Of a stretch of DNA of 64,000 nt, positions 41,568-50,701 are shown piece by piece (position 1 is the stretch's first letter; each line of letters begins with the position of its first letter). Both the position numbers and the translations under genes were made by a program. The notes under the pieces were generated by a model that saw only the letters and a program-made list of their open reading frames with translations, had not been told where the DNA came from and made no database searches. Where the stretch lies: the NCBI GenBank assembly GCA_963705315.1, contig OY970068.1, forward strand, positions 70,324 through 134,323, given 5' to 3'. The DNA comes from an uncultured Actinomycetes bacterium. Its GTDB lineage: Bacteria > Actinomycetota > Thermoleophilia > Solirubrobacterales > Solirubrobacteraceae.

Positions 41568-43096
41568 GAGGCCGCCGCGCACCATCCGTCGGCGCGAACC
41601 CCGTGTTCATCGGGGCCGTCACGACGCTCGTCGTGCTCGCCGCCGTGCTGCTGGCCTACAACGCGAACAAGGGCCTGCCGTTCATCCCGAGCTTCGAGAT
41701 CAAGGTCGACACGCCCAACGCCGTCCGTCTCGTCGTCGGCAACGAGGTGCGCGAGGGCGGCTTCCGCATCGGTCAGATCACGAAGATCGAGCCGGTCAAG
41801 GCCGACGGCAAGCCGAGCGCCGCGCAGCTGACGCTGAAGCTCGACAAGTCCGCCACGCCGATCCCGGAGGACTCGACCATCCGGATCCGGCCGCGCTCGG
41901 CGCTCGGGCTGAAGTACGTCGAGCTCGTGCGCGGCAGGTCCGGCAGCGCGCTCGAGGAGGGCGAGGTCATCGCGAGCAAGGAGGGCGCCGTGCCGCCCGA
42001 GCTCGACGACTTCTTCGCGATCTTCGACGAGCCGACGCGCCGCAACGTCGAGAGCGTCCTGGACTACTTCGGGACCGCGCTGGCCGGGCGCGGCCGCTCG
42101 CTGAACCAGACCCTCGCCGCGACCCCCGAGCTCTTCGGCGACCTGCCGCCGGTGATGCGCAACCTCGCCGCGCCGAGCACGCAGCTCGAGCGCATGCTGC
42201 GTGAGCTCGAGGACGGCGCGCGCATCGCCGCGCCGCTGTCGGACACGCTCGCCAACGGCTTTACGGGGATGGCCGACACCTTCGCGGCGCTCTCGATCGA
42301 CGACGGCCAGCCTCTGCGCGACACGATCGAGCGCTCCCCGGGGACGCTCGGCGAGGGCATCTTCTCGCTACCGCTGACGCGCCCGTTCCTCGCCCGACTG
42401 GCGGAGATCTCCCCCGAGCTGCGCGGGGCGGCGGCCGAGCTGCGGCTGAGCCTGCCGGCGATCAACCGCGCGCTGCTGGCGGGCATCCCGGTGCTGAAGC
42501 GCACCCCGCCGTTCAACCGCAAGCTCGAGCGCACGCTCGCGGCGCTGCGAGATCTCGCCGAGTCGCCGACGACCGATCCCACATTGCGCGGGCTGACGGC
42601 GACGATGACGACGCTCAACCCGACGCTGCGGTGGATCGGCCCGCACCAGACGGTCTGCAACTACTTCAACTACTGGTGGACGCACCTCTCCGACCACCTG
42701 TCCGAGGAGGACGCCACCGGCACGCTGCAGCGCATCCAGGTGAAGTTCTCGCCGCTCACGCAGGAGAACCCGCTGGGCGAGTTCGGGCGGCCGTACCCCG
42801 CCAACGGCGGCACGGTGGATCCGATCACCCACGCGCTCCAGGGCGACGCCGTGAACTTCCACGGCCAGGACTACGGCGCCGCCGTCGACGCGAAGGGCAA
42901 CGCCGACTGCGAGTCCGGCCAGCGCGGCTACCCCGACCGCCTGGCGACGGGCTTTGACCCGAGCCTGAACATCGTCACCGACCCGCGCTCGCCAGGCAGC
43001 CAGGGCCCGACCTTCCGCGGCCGCGCCCGTGTCCCGGCCGGCCAGTCGTTCTCCGCTGAGCCGAACGGCATCGCACCCGCGGTGGTGAACCCATGA
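41564..43096 (+). CDS. MCE-family protein 3 of 6
   Basis: ATGA overlap. TM segment (VFIGAVTTLVVLAAVLLAY) followed by FEIKVDTPNAVRLVVGNEVREGGFRIGQITKIEP. Confidence 0.85.
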   Translation: MRGRRAPSVGANPVFIGAVTTLVVLAAVLLAYNANKGLPFIPSFEIKVDTPNAVRLVVGNEVREGGFRIGQITKIEPVKADGKPSAAQLTLKLDKSATPIPEDSTIRIRPRSALGLKYVELVRGRSGSALEEGEVIASKEGAVPPELDDFFAIFDEPTRRNVESVLDYFGTALAGRGRSLNQTLAATPELFGDLPPVMRNLAAPSTQLERMLRELEDGARIAAPLSDTLANGFTGMADTFAALSIDDGQPLRDTIERSPGTLGEGIFSLPLTRPFLARLAEISPELRGAAAELRLSLPAINRALLAGIPVLKRTPPFNRKLERTLAALRDLAESPTTDPTLRGLTATMTTLNPTLRWIGPHQTVCNYFNYWWTHLSDHLSEEDATGTLQRIQVKFSPLTQENPLGEFGRPYPANGGTVDPITHALQGDAVNFHGQDYGAAVDAKGNADCESGQRGYPDRLATGFDPSLNIVTDPRSPGSQGPTFRGRARVPAGQSFSAEPNGIAPAVVNP

Positions 43097-44676
43097 AGGG
43101 TCGCCGTGGACCGGGCCCGAGCTCGTTCGCCGTCGGCCTGGCGGTGGTCATCGTGTCGGTCATCGTCGTCTGGCTGGGCTTCTCCAAGGACGTGCCGCTG
43201 CTCAACGAGCCCTACGAGATCAAGGCCGCGTTCCGCGATACGAGCGGGATCAACAAGGGCTCCCCCGTGCGCGTCGCCGGCAAGGACATCGGCAAGGTCT
43301 CGGGCATCGAGTTCACGAGCCGCGGATCGCAGTCGGCGACCGTGACGCTCGCGATCGCCGACGACGACGCGCGGCCGATCCACAACGACGCGAACGCGAA
43401 GATCCGCCCGCGCATCTTCCTCGAGGGCAACTTCTTCGTCGACCTGTCGCCCGGCTCCTCGTCGGCCGGCGAGATGGACGACGGCGACACGATCCCCGCC
43501 GACCGGACTTCCAACCCCGTCCAGTTCGACCAGCTGCTCGCGGCGCTGAAGAGCGACACCCGCAACGACCTGCGCCAGGTCTTCACCGAGGTCGGGATCG
43601 CCCAGGACAACGGCGGGGCGAAGGCCTTCAACGACTCGCTGCGCTACCAGCCCGACGCCTACAAGTTCACCGCGATCGTCACCGAGGCGCTGCTCGGCAA
43701 GGCGCCGGGCGACCTCGGCGACTGGATCCGCGACCAGGGCATCGTCTCGGAGGCGCTCGAGGCCGATCCAGCCCAGCTGCGGGCGCTCGTGGTCGACTTC
43801 AACACCACCGCCGGCGCGTTCGCCGCGCGCGAGGCGTCGCTGCGCCAGGCCGTCGCCGAGCTGCCGCTGACGCTGCGCGCGGCGATCCCGACGCTCGACT
43901 CGCTGAACCGCGCCCTCCCCGACGTGCGTCGCTTCGCCGTCGCCGCCCGGCCGGGCGTGCGCTCGCTCGGGCCGACCGTCGATTCGCTGCTGCCGCTGGT
44001 CAAGCAGCTGCGCGGGCTCGTGCAGCCCGCCGAGCTTCAGGGCCTCGCGCGCCAGCTCAGCGCCGCGACGCCGCCGCTCGCGCGGGTCGCCAAGACCTCG
44101 GTTCCGGTGCTCCAGAAGCTGCGCGCCTTCGCGAGCTGCACGGCCGAGCAGCTCGTGCCGTTCGGCAACGACCAGCTCGTCGACGCGCGCTTCCCCGCCA
44201 ACGGGCCCGTCTACCAGGAGGCGGCGAAGTTCCTGCCCGGCCTCGCCGGTGAGAGCCGCTCCTTCGACGCCAACGGCCAGTACTTCAAGGTCCTCGGCAC
44301 CGGCGGCCTGGACACGGTCAACCTCGGCAACGGGCGCTTCGGCAGCGGGGCGATCACCGGCCACAACCCCGGGCCGGTCCGCACACGCCCGCCGCTGCGT
44401 CCGCACGTCCCGTGTGAGACGCAGGACGCGCCGGACCTGCGCTCGATCCCCAAGGGGGCACCGGCGACCGTCCGCACCAACCGGGCGGCGGTGCGCGCCC
44501 GCAACGCGAAGTCCCAGGACGTCGCGGTCTCGATCATGCGCGCGCTGCTGAAGGCCCAGGGCTCCAAGCGCGGCGTGAGCGACACACCGCTCTCGCTCGC
44601 CCAGATCCGCCAGCTCGCGCAGCGCAACGGGCTGACCAAGCAGCTCGACAAGGCGCTGAAGGCGGCCGGGCAGTGA
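43093..44676 (+). CDS. MCE-family protein 4 of 6
   Basis: ATGA overlap. TM segment (FAVGLAVVIVSVIVVWLGF) followed by YEIKAAFRDTSGINKGSPVRVAGKDIGKVSGIEF. Confidence 0.85.
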   Translation: MKGRRGPGPSSFAVGLAVVIVSVIVVWLGFSKDVPLLNEPYEIKAAFRDTSGINKGSPVRVAGKDIGKVSGIEFTSRGSQSATVTLAIADDDARPIHNDANAKIRPRIFLEGNFFVDLSPGSSSAGEMDDGDTIPADRTSNPVQFDQLLAALKSDTRNDLRQVFTEVGIAQDNGGAKAFNDSLRYQPDAYKFTAIVTEALLGKAPGDLGDWIRDQGIVSEALEADPAQLRALVVDFNTTAGAFAAREASLRQAVAELPLTLRAAIPTLDSLNRALPDVRRFAVAARPGVRSLGPTVDSLLPLVKQLRGLVQPAELQGLARQLSAATPPLARVAKTSVPVLQKLRAFASCTAEQLVPFGNDQLVDARFPANGPVYQEAAKFLPGLAGESRSFDANGQYFKVLGTGGLDTVNLGNGRFGSGAITGHNPGPVRTRPPLRPHVPCETQDAPDLRSIPKGAPATVRTNRAAVRARNAKSQDVAVSIMRALLKAQGSKRGVSDTPLSLAQIRQLAQRNGLTKQLDKALKAAGQ

Positions 44677-46055
44677 CGCGCGTCATCCGCAAGAACCTCG
44701 GCCCGTTCGTCGCGATCATCGCGCTCGTCGTGATCGCGGTCGTCGTCGGCGCCTACATCCTCGACCAGCAGCGCTTCCAGTTCCCGTTCGTCGAGGAGAA
44801 GCCGACGCGCATCAACGTCGAGCTCGACACGGCGCAGGCGGTCACGCCGGGCCAGGGCCAGACGGCGCAGGTGGCCGGCGTGCAGATCGGCGACATCGGC
44901 GAGGTCTCGCTGAAGGACGGGCGCGCGATCGTCGGCCTGGACATCAAGCCCGAGTACTCCGACCTCATCCACCGCGACGCGACCGCGATGCTGCGGCCGC
45001 GGACCGGGTTGAAGGACATGTACGTGCAGATCTTCCCCGGCACGGAGGGCCCGCCGGTCAAGGAGGGCTTCACGATCCCGGTGGCGGCGTCGCTGACCGA
45101 TGTCGACCTCGACGAGATCCTCTCCCAGCTCGACAGCCGCACGCGCGACTACGTCACGCTGCTGGCCAACGGCGCCGGCGAGGGCCTGCGCGGGCGCGGC
45201 AAGGATCTCGCGCGGATCCTCAAGCGCTACGGGCCGACGGTGCGCGACCTCGGCCGGGTCAACGCGTCGCTGGCATCCGAGCGCGTCGCGCTGCGGCGGC
45301 TCGTGACGTCCCTGGCGAAGCTCAACCGCAAGCTCGCCTCCAAGCCGCAGGATCTCTCGCAGCTCGTCGACACGGCCGCCATCACGCTGCGCGCGTTCGC
45401 GTCCGAGCAGGGCAACCTGCGCGATGCCGTCGGCGAGCTCGGGCCGACGCTCCAGCAGGCGACGACGACGCTGCGGGCCGTCGGCCCGTTCGCCGACCAG
45501 CTCGGGCCCACGACCCGCGCGCTGATCCCGGCCGTGCGCGAGCTCGAGACCGTCAACGACTCGCTCGGGCCGTTCGCGCGGGAGGCGACGCCGATCGTGC
45601 GCACGAAGATCCGCCCCTTCACAAAGGTCGCGCAGCCGCTCGTGCGCGACCTCGCGCCGGCTGCGCGCGGGCTCGCCCGGACGCTGCCCGAGCTCAACCG
45701 CGACGCGAACGTGCTCAACCACTTCGTGAACATGCTCGGCCACAACCCCAACGGCCGCGAGGCGCCCGACAAGGCCGGGCGCGAAGAGGGCTACCTCTTC
45801 TGGCTGGCGTGGCTGACACACCAGACGGCGAACCTCCAGAGCCTCGAGGACGCCAACGGCCCGATCCGCCCGATCTACCTCACCGGCACCTGCACGACGC
45901 TGACCGCGCTCGTCAACGAGAGCCCGCTGGCGGAGTTCGCGCTCGGGCTCTCGCCGGTGCTCGCGGCGGCGTGCGCGGACCCGATGACGCGCTCGCTCGA
46001 CGTGTCCAAGGCGGTCCGGGCGACGGTCGGAGACCCCAAGGCGAAGAAGAAGTGA
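44673..46055 (+). CDS. MCE-family protein 5 of 6
   Basis: 4-nt overlap. TM segment (FVAIIALVVIAVVVGAYIL) followed by INVELDTAQAVTPGQGQTAQVAGVQIGDIGEVSL. Confidence 0.85.
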   Translation: MTRVIRKNLGPFVAIIALVVIAVVVGAYILDQQRFQFPFVEEKPTRINVELDTAQAVTPGQGQTAQVAGVQIGDIGEVSLKDGRAIVGLDIKPEYSDLIHRDATAMLRPRTGLKDMYVQIFPGTEGPPVKEGFTIPVAASLTDVDLDEILSQLDSRTRDYVTLLANGAGEGLRGRGKDLARILKRYGPTVRDLGRVNASLASERVALRRLVTSLAKLNRKLASKPQDLSQLVDTAAITLRAFASEQGNLRDAVGELGPTLQQATTTLRAVGPFADQLGPTTRALIPAVRELETVNDSLGPFAREATPIVRTKIRPFTKVAQPLVRDLAPAARGLARTLPELNRDANVLNHFVNMLGHNPNGREAPDKAGREEGYLFWLAWLTHQTANLQSLEDANGPIRPIYLTGTCTTLTALVNESPLAEFALGLSPVLAAACADPMTRSLDVSKAVRATVGDPKAKKK

Positions 46056-47467
46056 ACACCTCCGCCCCCACACTCGGCCGCCTGCTCATCATCAGCGCGT
46101 TCTCGCTCGTGTGCTTCGGGCTGCTGCTGTTCTTGTGGAAGGCGTTCGGCGGCCCGATCCCGCTGCAGCCCAAGGGCTACCAGGTCCAGGTCGCCTTCAC
46201 GGACGCGACGACGCTCGCCGAGCAGGCCGACGTCCGCGTCGCAGGCGTGTCCGTCGGCAAGGTCGTCGCCAAGGATCTCGCGCCCGGCGGCAACCGCACG
46301 CTGGCGACGATCGAGCTCCAGGACAAGTACGCCCCGCTGCACACCGACGCGCGCGCGATCCTGCGCCAGAAGACGCTCATCGGCGAGACGTACGTCGAGC
46401 TGACGACCGGCAGCAAGGACTCGCCGACCGTGAAGGAGAACGGGCGCCTGGGCGACGGCCAGGTCGCGCAGGCCGTCGAGTTCGACGAGCTGCTGGAGAT
46501 CTTCGACGAGCCGACGCGCAAGGCGTTTCGCGAATGGCAGGCGAGCGTTGCGAAGGCCGGGGCCGGCCGCGGGCGCGACCTCAACGACGCGATCGGCAAC
46601 CTCGGCGTGTTCGCCGAGAACGCGCAGGGCGTCGTCGACGTGCTCGCCAAGCGTCGCGAGGCGCTGACGAACCTCGTCAGGAACACGGGCCGGACCTTCG
46701 AGCAGATCACCCGCGACGAGGCCGCGCTGACGACGCTGATCTCGACGAACTCCGAGCTCTTCACCGAGATCGGGGCGCGCAGCGACTCGCTCGCGCAGGC
46801 GATCCGCATCTTCCCGACGTTCCTGGACGAGACGAAGCTCACGCTCGCCCGGCTGCGCACGTTCGCGATCAACACCGAGCCGCTCATCCGCGATCTCGAG
46901 CCGGTGCTCGACGACCTGCAGCCGACGATGGCGTCGCTGCGGCGCCTGTCGCCGGACCTCGAGAACCTCTTCGACAACCTCGGGCCGCTCATCAGCGCGG
47001 GCGACAAGGGCCTGCCCGCGCTGTCGCGCGTGCTGCGCGGGCTGGACCCGACGCTCGAGGCCACCGGACCGTTCCTCCAGCAGCTCAACCCGCTGCTGCG
47101 CTACCTGGAGTTCAACCAGACGAAGGTCTCGGACTTCTTCAACATCGGCCCGGTCGCGCTCGGCGGCCTGCGCGGGACGCTGCCCAACAGCAAGAGCAAC
47201 GGGCACGTGCTGCCGCAGATCATCATGTTCGGCGCCGAGTCGCTGCCGGCGCTCACGCGCAGCAGCTCCAACCGCGGCAACGCCTACCTGAAGCCGAACT
47301 CCTTGCGCGATCCCAACACGCTCGTGCTGCCGAGCTTTGACTGCAACAACAGCGGCGAGAAGGGGCCGAGCGCGACGCCGGGCTGCAAGCCGCAGGGGAT
47401 CGTCCCGTTCGGCGGCCAGAGCCTGACGTTCCCGCAGGTGCAAGCGGGCGCCGTCGACGGGAAGTAG
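46052..47467 (+). CDS. MCE-family protein 6 of 6
   Basis: GTG 46052 forms a GTGA overlap. TM segment (LLIISAFSLVCFGLLLFLW) followed by YQVQVAFTDATTLAEQADVRVAGVSVGKVVAKDL. The upstream part of ORF 45809..47467 overlaps gene 5 and is discarded. Confidence 0.85.
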   Translation: MNTSAPTLGRLLIISAFSLVCFGLLLFLWKAFGGPIPLQPKGYQVQVAFTDATTLAEQADVRVAGVSVGKVVAKDLAPGGNRTLATIELQDKYAPLHTDARAILRQKTLIGETYVELTTGSKDSPTVKENGRLGDGQVAQAVEFDELLEIFDEPTRKAFREWQASVAKAGAGRGRDLNDAIGNLGVFAENAQGVVDVLAKRREALTNLVRNTGRTFEQITRDEAALTTLISTNSELFTEIGARSDSLAQAIRIFPTFLDETKLTLARLRTFAINTEPLIRDLEPVLDDLQPTMASLRRLSPDLENLFDNLGPLISAGDKGLPALSRVLRGLDPTLEATGPFLQQLNPLLRYLEFNQTKVSDFFNIGPVALGGLRGTLPNSKSNGHVLPQIIMFGAESLPALTRSSSNRGNAYLKPNSLRDPNTLVLPSFDCNNSGEKGPSATPGCKPQGIVPFGGQSLTFPQVQAGAVDGK

Positions 47468-47470
47468 GCA

Positions 47471-48346
47471 GTGGGCGGCGGCGAAGGCGTCCGCGTCGGC
47501 GTCGTCGGGCACGTCGAGTGGGTGCAGTTCGCGTGCGTCCCGCGCGTCCCGCGGGCCGGCGAGATCGTCCACGCCAGCGACGTGTTTTCCGACGCGGCCG
47601 GCGGCGGGTCGGTCGCCGCCGTACAGCTGCGCAAGCTCGCGGGCGCCGCGACGTTCCTGACCGCGCTCGGCGAGGACGGCGAAGGCCGGCGGGCGGCGCA
47701 GCGGCTGCGCGAGCACTACGGCGTCACGCTGCACGCCGCTGTGCGGGCGGCGGGCCAGCGGCGCACGTTCACGTTCCTCGACGAGGCGGGCGAGCGCACG
47801 ATCACGGTGCTCGGCGAGCGGATCGTGCCCGCGCTGGACGACCCGCTGCCGTGGGACACGCTCTGCGAGCTCGACGGGATCTACCTGACCGGCGGCGACG
47901 CGGCCGCCGTGCGCGCCGCGCGGGCGGCGCGAGTGCTCGTCGCGACCCCGCGCGCGCTGGGCGCGCTACGGGAGTCCGGCGTGCTGCTCGACGTGCTCGT
48001 CGGCAGCGCGACGGACCCGGGCGAGGTGTACGAAGCGGGGGTGTTGGACCCTGATCCGCGGGTGGTCGTCCGCACGCGCGGCGCGGACGGCGGCGCGTGG
48101 GAGGCGACGGGCGCGGGTGACGACGTTCCCGCGTGGCTACCCGAGGCGGCGTCGGGGGAATGGGAGGCGACGTCGCTTCCGGCCGCGCCGGTGGACGCCT
48201 ACGGCTGCGGCGACTCGTTCGCGGCGGCGCTGGCGTACGGGCTGGCGGCGGGGATGGGGCTGGTCGAGGCGTTGGAGCTGGGAGCGCGCTGCGGAGCGGC
48301 GTGTTTGTGCGGGCGCGGGCCGTATGAGGGGCAACTGGCGCTGTAG
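47471..48346 (+). CDS. PfkB-family (ribokinase-like) carbohydrate/nucleoside kinase
   Basis: It starts 3 nt after the last mce stop. The segments VGVVGHVEWVQF... and AAGGGSVAAVQL are present. The PfkB signature-2-like motif is VDAYGCGDSFAAALAYGL. Confidence 0.7.
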   Translation: MGGGEGVRVGVVGHVEWVQFACVPRVPRAGEIVHASDVFSDAAGGGSVAAVQLRKLAGAATFLTALGEDGEGRRAAQRLREHYGVTLHAAVRAAGQRRTFTFLDEAGERTITVLGERIVPALDDPLPWDTLCELDGIYLTGGDAAAVRAARAARVLVATPRALGALRESGVLLDVLVGSATDPGEVYEAGVLDPDPRVVVRTRGADGGAWEATGAGDDVPAWLPEAASGEWEATSLPAAPVDAYGCGDSFAAALAYGLAAGMGLVEALELGARCGAACLCGRGPYEGQLAL

Positions 48347-48447
48347 GCCAGTGGTCGGTCGGCCCCGGTCCGCTTGGTGTTGCGAAGCCAACGGCAGCAT
48401 TGAGAGAACGAGGCAGCGAGGCCGCCGCGAGCCCCGTCAAACGGCAG

Positions 48448-48570
48448 GGATCCGGACGAGTTCGCAGTTTGACGCGTATATGAGGCACAACTGCGAACTC
48501 GTCGATCCGACGCCGCCGAGTTCGCAGTTCGACGCGTATATGAGGCACAACTGCGAACTCGTGGATCCGA
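48448..48570. repeat. tandem doublet (60-bp period) of a perfect 12-bp-stem hairpin with an AT-richer 19-nt loop
   Basis: gagttcgcagtt-(t/c)gacgcgtatatgaggcac-aactgcgaactc occurs at 48458..48500 and 48518..48560. The arms extend imperfectly to ggatcc.gac / gtc.gatcc. It lies between convergent genes. Confidence 0.8.
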
Positions 48571-48660
48571 ACGCGCTCTCGCGTCCCGCCAAGCCGCTCC
48601 AAACCCGCATCCCTTTCGATGCAGTTTCGTGAACCCCGCGCCCCCGGCCCTCGAACGGCT

Positions 48661-49008
48661 TTAGGCCCCCAGCACCCGCCGCAGCGCATCGAACGCCGAC
48701 TCCCCGCGCTCCTGCTCGACGAGCTCGCGCATGACCTTGCCGCGGTAGGCCTCGATCGAGCCGTCGCCGCGAACGTCGGCGCCGGCGCGCACGGCTGGGC
48801 GCAGGCGGCCCGGGCCCGTGAGCTCGCCGCGGGCGGAGACCTGGGCGACCGGCTCGTACTCGCGCCGGAACGCCCGCGCCGTGTCGCGTCTGGCCTCGCC
48901 GCCGAGGTTCGAGAGGCGATGCTCCAGCAGCTCGATGGCTCCTCCGAGGGTGTCGCTGCGCTCGCGGGTGACGGTCGAGCCGACGCGGATCTTCACGGTG
49001 TACGCCAC
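48661..49008 (-). CDS. hypothetical protein
   Basis: I prefer the GTG 49008 start (VAYTVKIRVGSTVTRERSDTLGGAIELLEHRLSNLGGEARRD...). The alternative is 49053. I recognise no family. Confidence 0.45.
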   Translation of the reverse strand: MAYTVKIRVGSTVTRERSDTLGGAIELLEHRLSNLGGEARRDTARAFRREYEPVAQVSARGELTGPGRLRPAVRAGADVRGDGSIEAYRGKVMRELVEQERGESAFDALRRVLGA

Positions 49009-49043
49009 GCGGTGATCGTAAGGGGACGTAGACTGCGCGCCGC

Positions 49044-49526
49044 ATGAGGCCATCGCGCACCGCGCTGTTGACGATCGCCACGCTCGCGCTGGGCGTCGGT
49101 GCCTGCGGTGGCGGGGGCGACGGCGACGACAAGCTCGCGAAGGCCGACCTGGCCAAGCAGGCCAGCGCGATCTGCAAGGAGTTCGACGAGAAGATCAAGG
49201 CGGTCCCGCAGCCGACCGGCGCGCGCGACCCCGGCAGCGCCGCCGCGTACTACGAGAAGACGCGACCGCTCATCGAGGGCTCGATCGCCGAGCTCGAGAA
49301 GCTCGAGCCCGACGACGCCGTCCAGCAGGACTGGAAGACGTTCATCGACAAGCAGAACGAGGCCGCGCGACTCCTCTCTACCCTTCTCACGCAGATCAAG
49401 GCCCGTGACGCCGCCGCCCAGCAAACGCTCGCGCAGATCAACGAGGCGGTCGCCGACGGCAGCGCGGCGGTCCGGCGCATCGGCGCAGATGGCTGCGCGT
49501 CGGCGCCCGCATCGTCCTCGAGCTGA
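49044..49526 (+). CDS. lipoprotein, paralog 1
   Basis: Lipobox LALGVGAC. The body is helical and acidic/Lys-rich. It is similar in architecture and in short motifs (ICKEFDEKIKAVPQPTG vs VCAKFEKQIDAIPTPTG) to the next gene. Confidence 0.6.
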   Translation: MRPSRTALLTIATLALGVGACGGGGDGDDKLAKADLAKQASAICKEFDEKIKAVPQPTGARDPGSAAAYYEKTRPLIEGSIAELEKLEPDDAVQQDWKTFIDKQNEAARLLSTLLTQIKARDAAAQQTLAQINEAVADGSAAVRRIGADGCASAPASSSS

Positions 49527-49547
49527 CCCCTCCCGAAGGAGCCGCAC

Positions 49548-50015
49548 ATGACTCGTAGATTCACCGTCCCGTTCACCGTCGCCGCCATGGCGCTCGGCGC
49601 GGGAGCCTGCGGAGGAGAAGACAGCACGCAGACGCTGCCCCGCGCCGAGTTCTCCACCCAGGCCAACGCGGTCTGCGCGAAGTTCGAGAAGCAAATCGAC
49701 GCGATCCCTACGCCGACCGGTGGCGGCAGTGACGACGAGCAGCTCAAGCGGTACGCCGACTACGTCGACAAGGTTGCGCCGGTGACCTCCAAGGCGCACG
49801 ACGAGCTGAGCGCCCTCGCCCCCGACGACGAGGCGCTGGCGAAGAAGTGGGACGCGTACCTCGACCAGGTCGAGGACGGCATCGACGACATCGAGGAGAG
49901 CGCCGACAAGGCGCGCGACGGCGACAAGGCCGGCACGCAGGCGGCGGCCAAGCGCCTGTCTGCTCGCAACCCCGACGCCGAGCCGATCACCGGCAAGGGC
50001 GCCTGCGCCGGGTAG
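49548..50015 (+). CDS. lipoprotein, paralog 2
   Basis: Lipobox MALGAGAC. It is a tandem paralog of 49044..49526. Confidence 0.6.
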   Translation: MTRRFTVPFTVAAMALGAGACGGEDSTQTLPRAEFSTQANAVCAKFEKQIDAIPTPTGGGSDDEQLKRYADYVDKVAPVTSKAHDELSALAPDDEALAKKWDAYLDQVEDGIDDIEESADKARDGDKAGTQAAAKRLSARNPDAEPITGKGACAG

Positions 50016-50019
50016 CCGC

Positions 50020-50697
50020 TCAGACGGGCCACGCCTCGCGGCGCCAGCCCATGTCCCAGAACATCCACTCGTAGCGCGACGTGACGCCAAAGCGCGCGGC
50101 CGCCGCGGCGCGGTCGCCCGCCGACAGCGTCGGACCGATCCGGTCGGTCAGGTCGAGGACGGCCTGGACGACGGCGCCGAACTCCTCCCCGCCGTAGGTC
50201 TCGATCCAGCGCGCGTACAGCGGGTTCGGGGAACCGCGCGTCAGCAGCTCGCTCCCGACCTCGCGGTAGATCCAGTAGCACGGCAGCACGGCGCCGAGCG
50301 CCTCGGCGAACGAGCCGCCGTAGGCGCTGGCGAGCAGGTAGCTGCAGTACGCGACGTTCGTCGGTGCCATCGGCGTCGCGGCGATCGTCTCCTCGGTCAG
50401 GCCCATCGCCGCGAAGAAGGACTCGTGCAGCTCGCGCTCGACGGCGATCGCGCCGGCGGCGTGCTCGGCGAACATCGCGATCGCCGGCTCGCCGGGGGCG
50501 CGCGCCGCGCAGACGCTCAGCGCTCGCGCGTACTCGCGCAGGTAGTGCGCGTCCTGCACGACGTAGAACGCGAACGCCGCCTCATCCAGGTCGCCGCTCG
50601 TCAGGCCCGCGATGAACGGGTGCGCGAGGATCTCGGCATAGACGTCCTCGATCCCCGCCCAGAGGCTCGCGCTGAAGGCGCCGCTCTCGCCGGCCAA
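50020..50697 (-). CDS. tenA: TenA/thiaminase II family protein
   Basis: Motifs are HPFIAGLTSGDLDEAAFAFYVVQDAHYLREYARAL and VLPCYWIY together with RYEWMFWDMG. I chose the TTG 50697 start so that the gene does not overlap gltA. Confidence 0.7.
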   Translation of the reverse strand: MAGESGAFSASLWAGIEDVYAEILAHPFIAGLTSGDLDEAAFAFYVVQDAHYLREYARALSVCAARAPGEPAIAMFAEHAAGAIAVERELHESFFAAMGLTEETIAATPMAPTNVAYCSYLLASAYGGSFAEALGAVLPCYWIYREVGSELLTRGSPNPLYARWIETYGGEEFGAVVQAVLDLTDRIGPTLSAGDRAAAAARFGVTSRYEWMFWDMGWRREAWPV

Positions 50698-50701
50698 CCG
50701 C

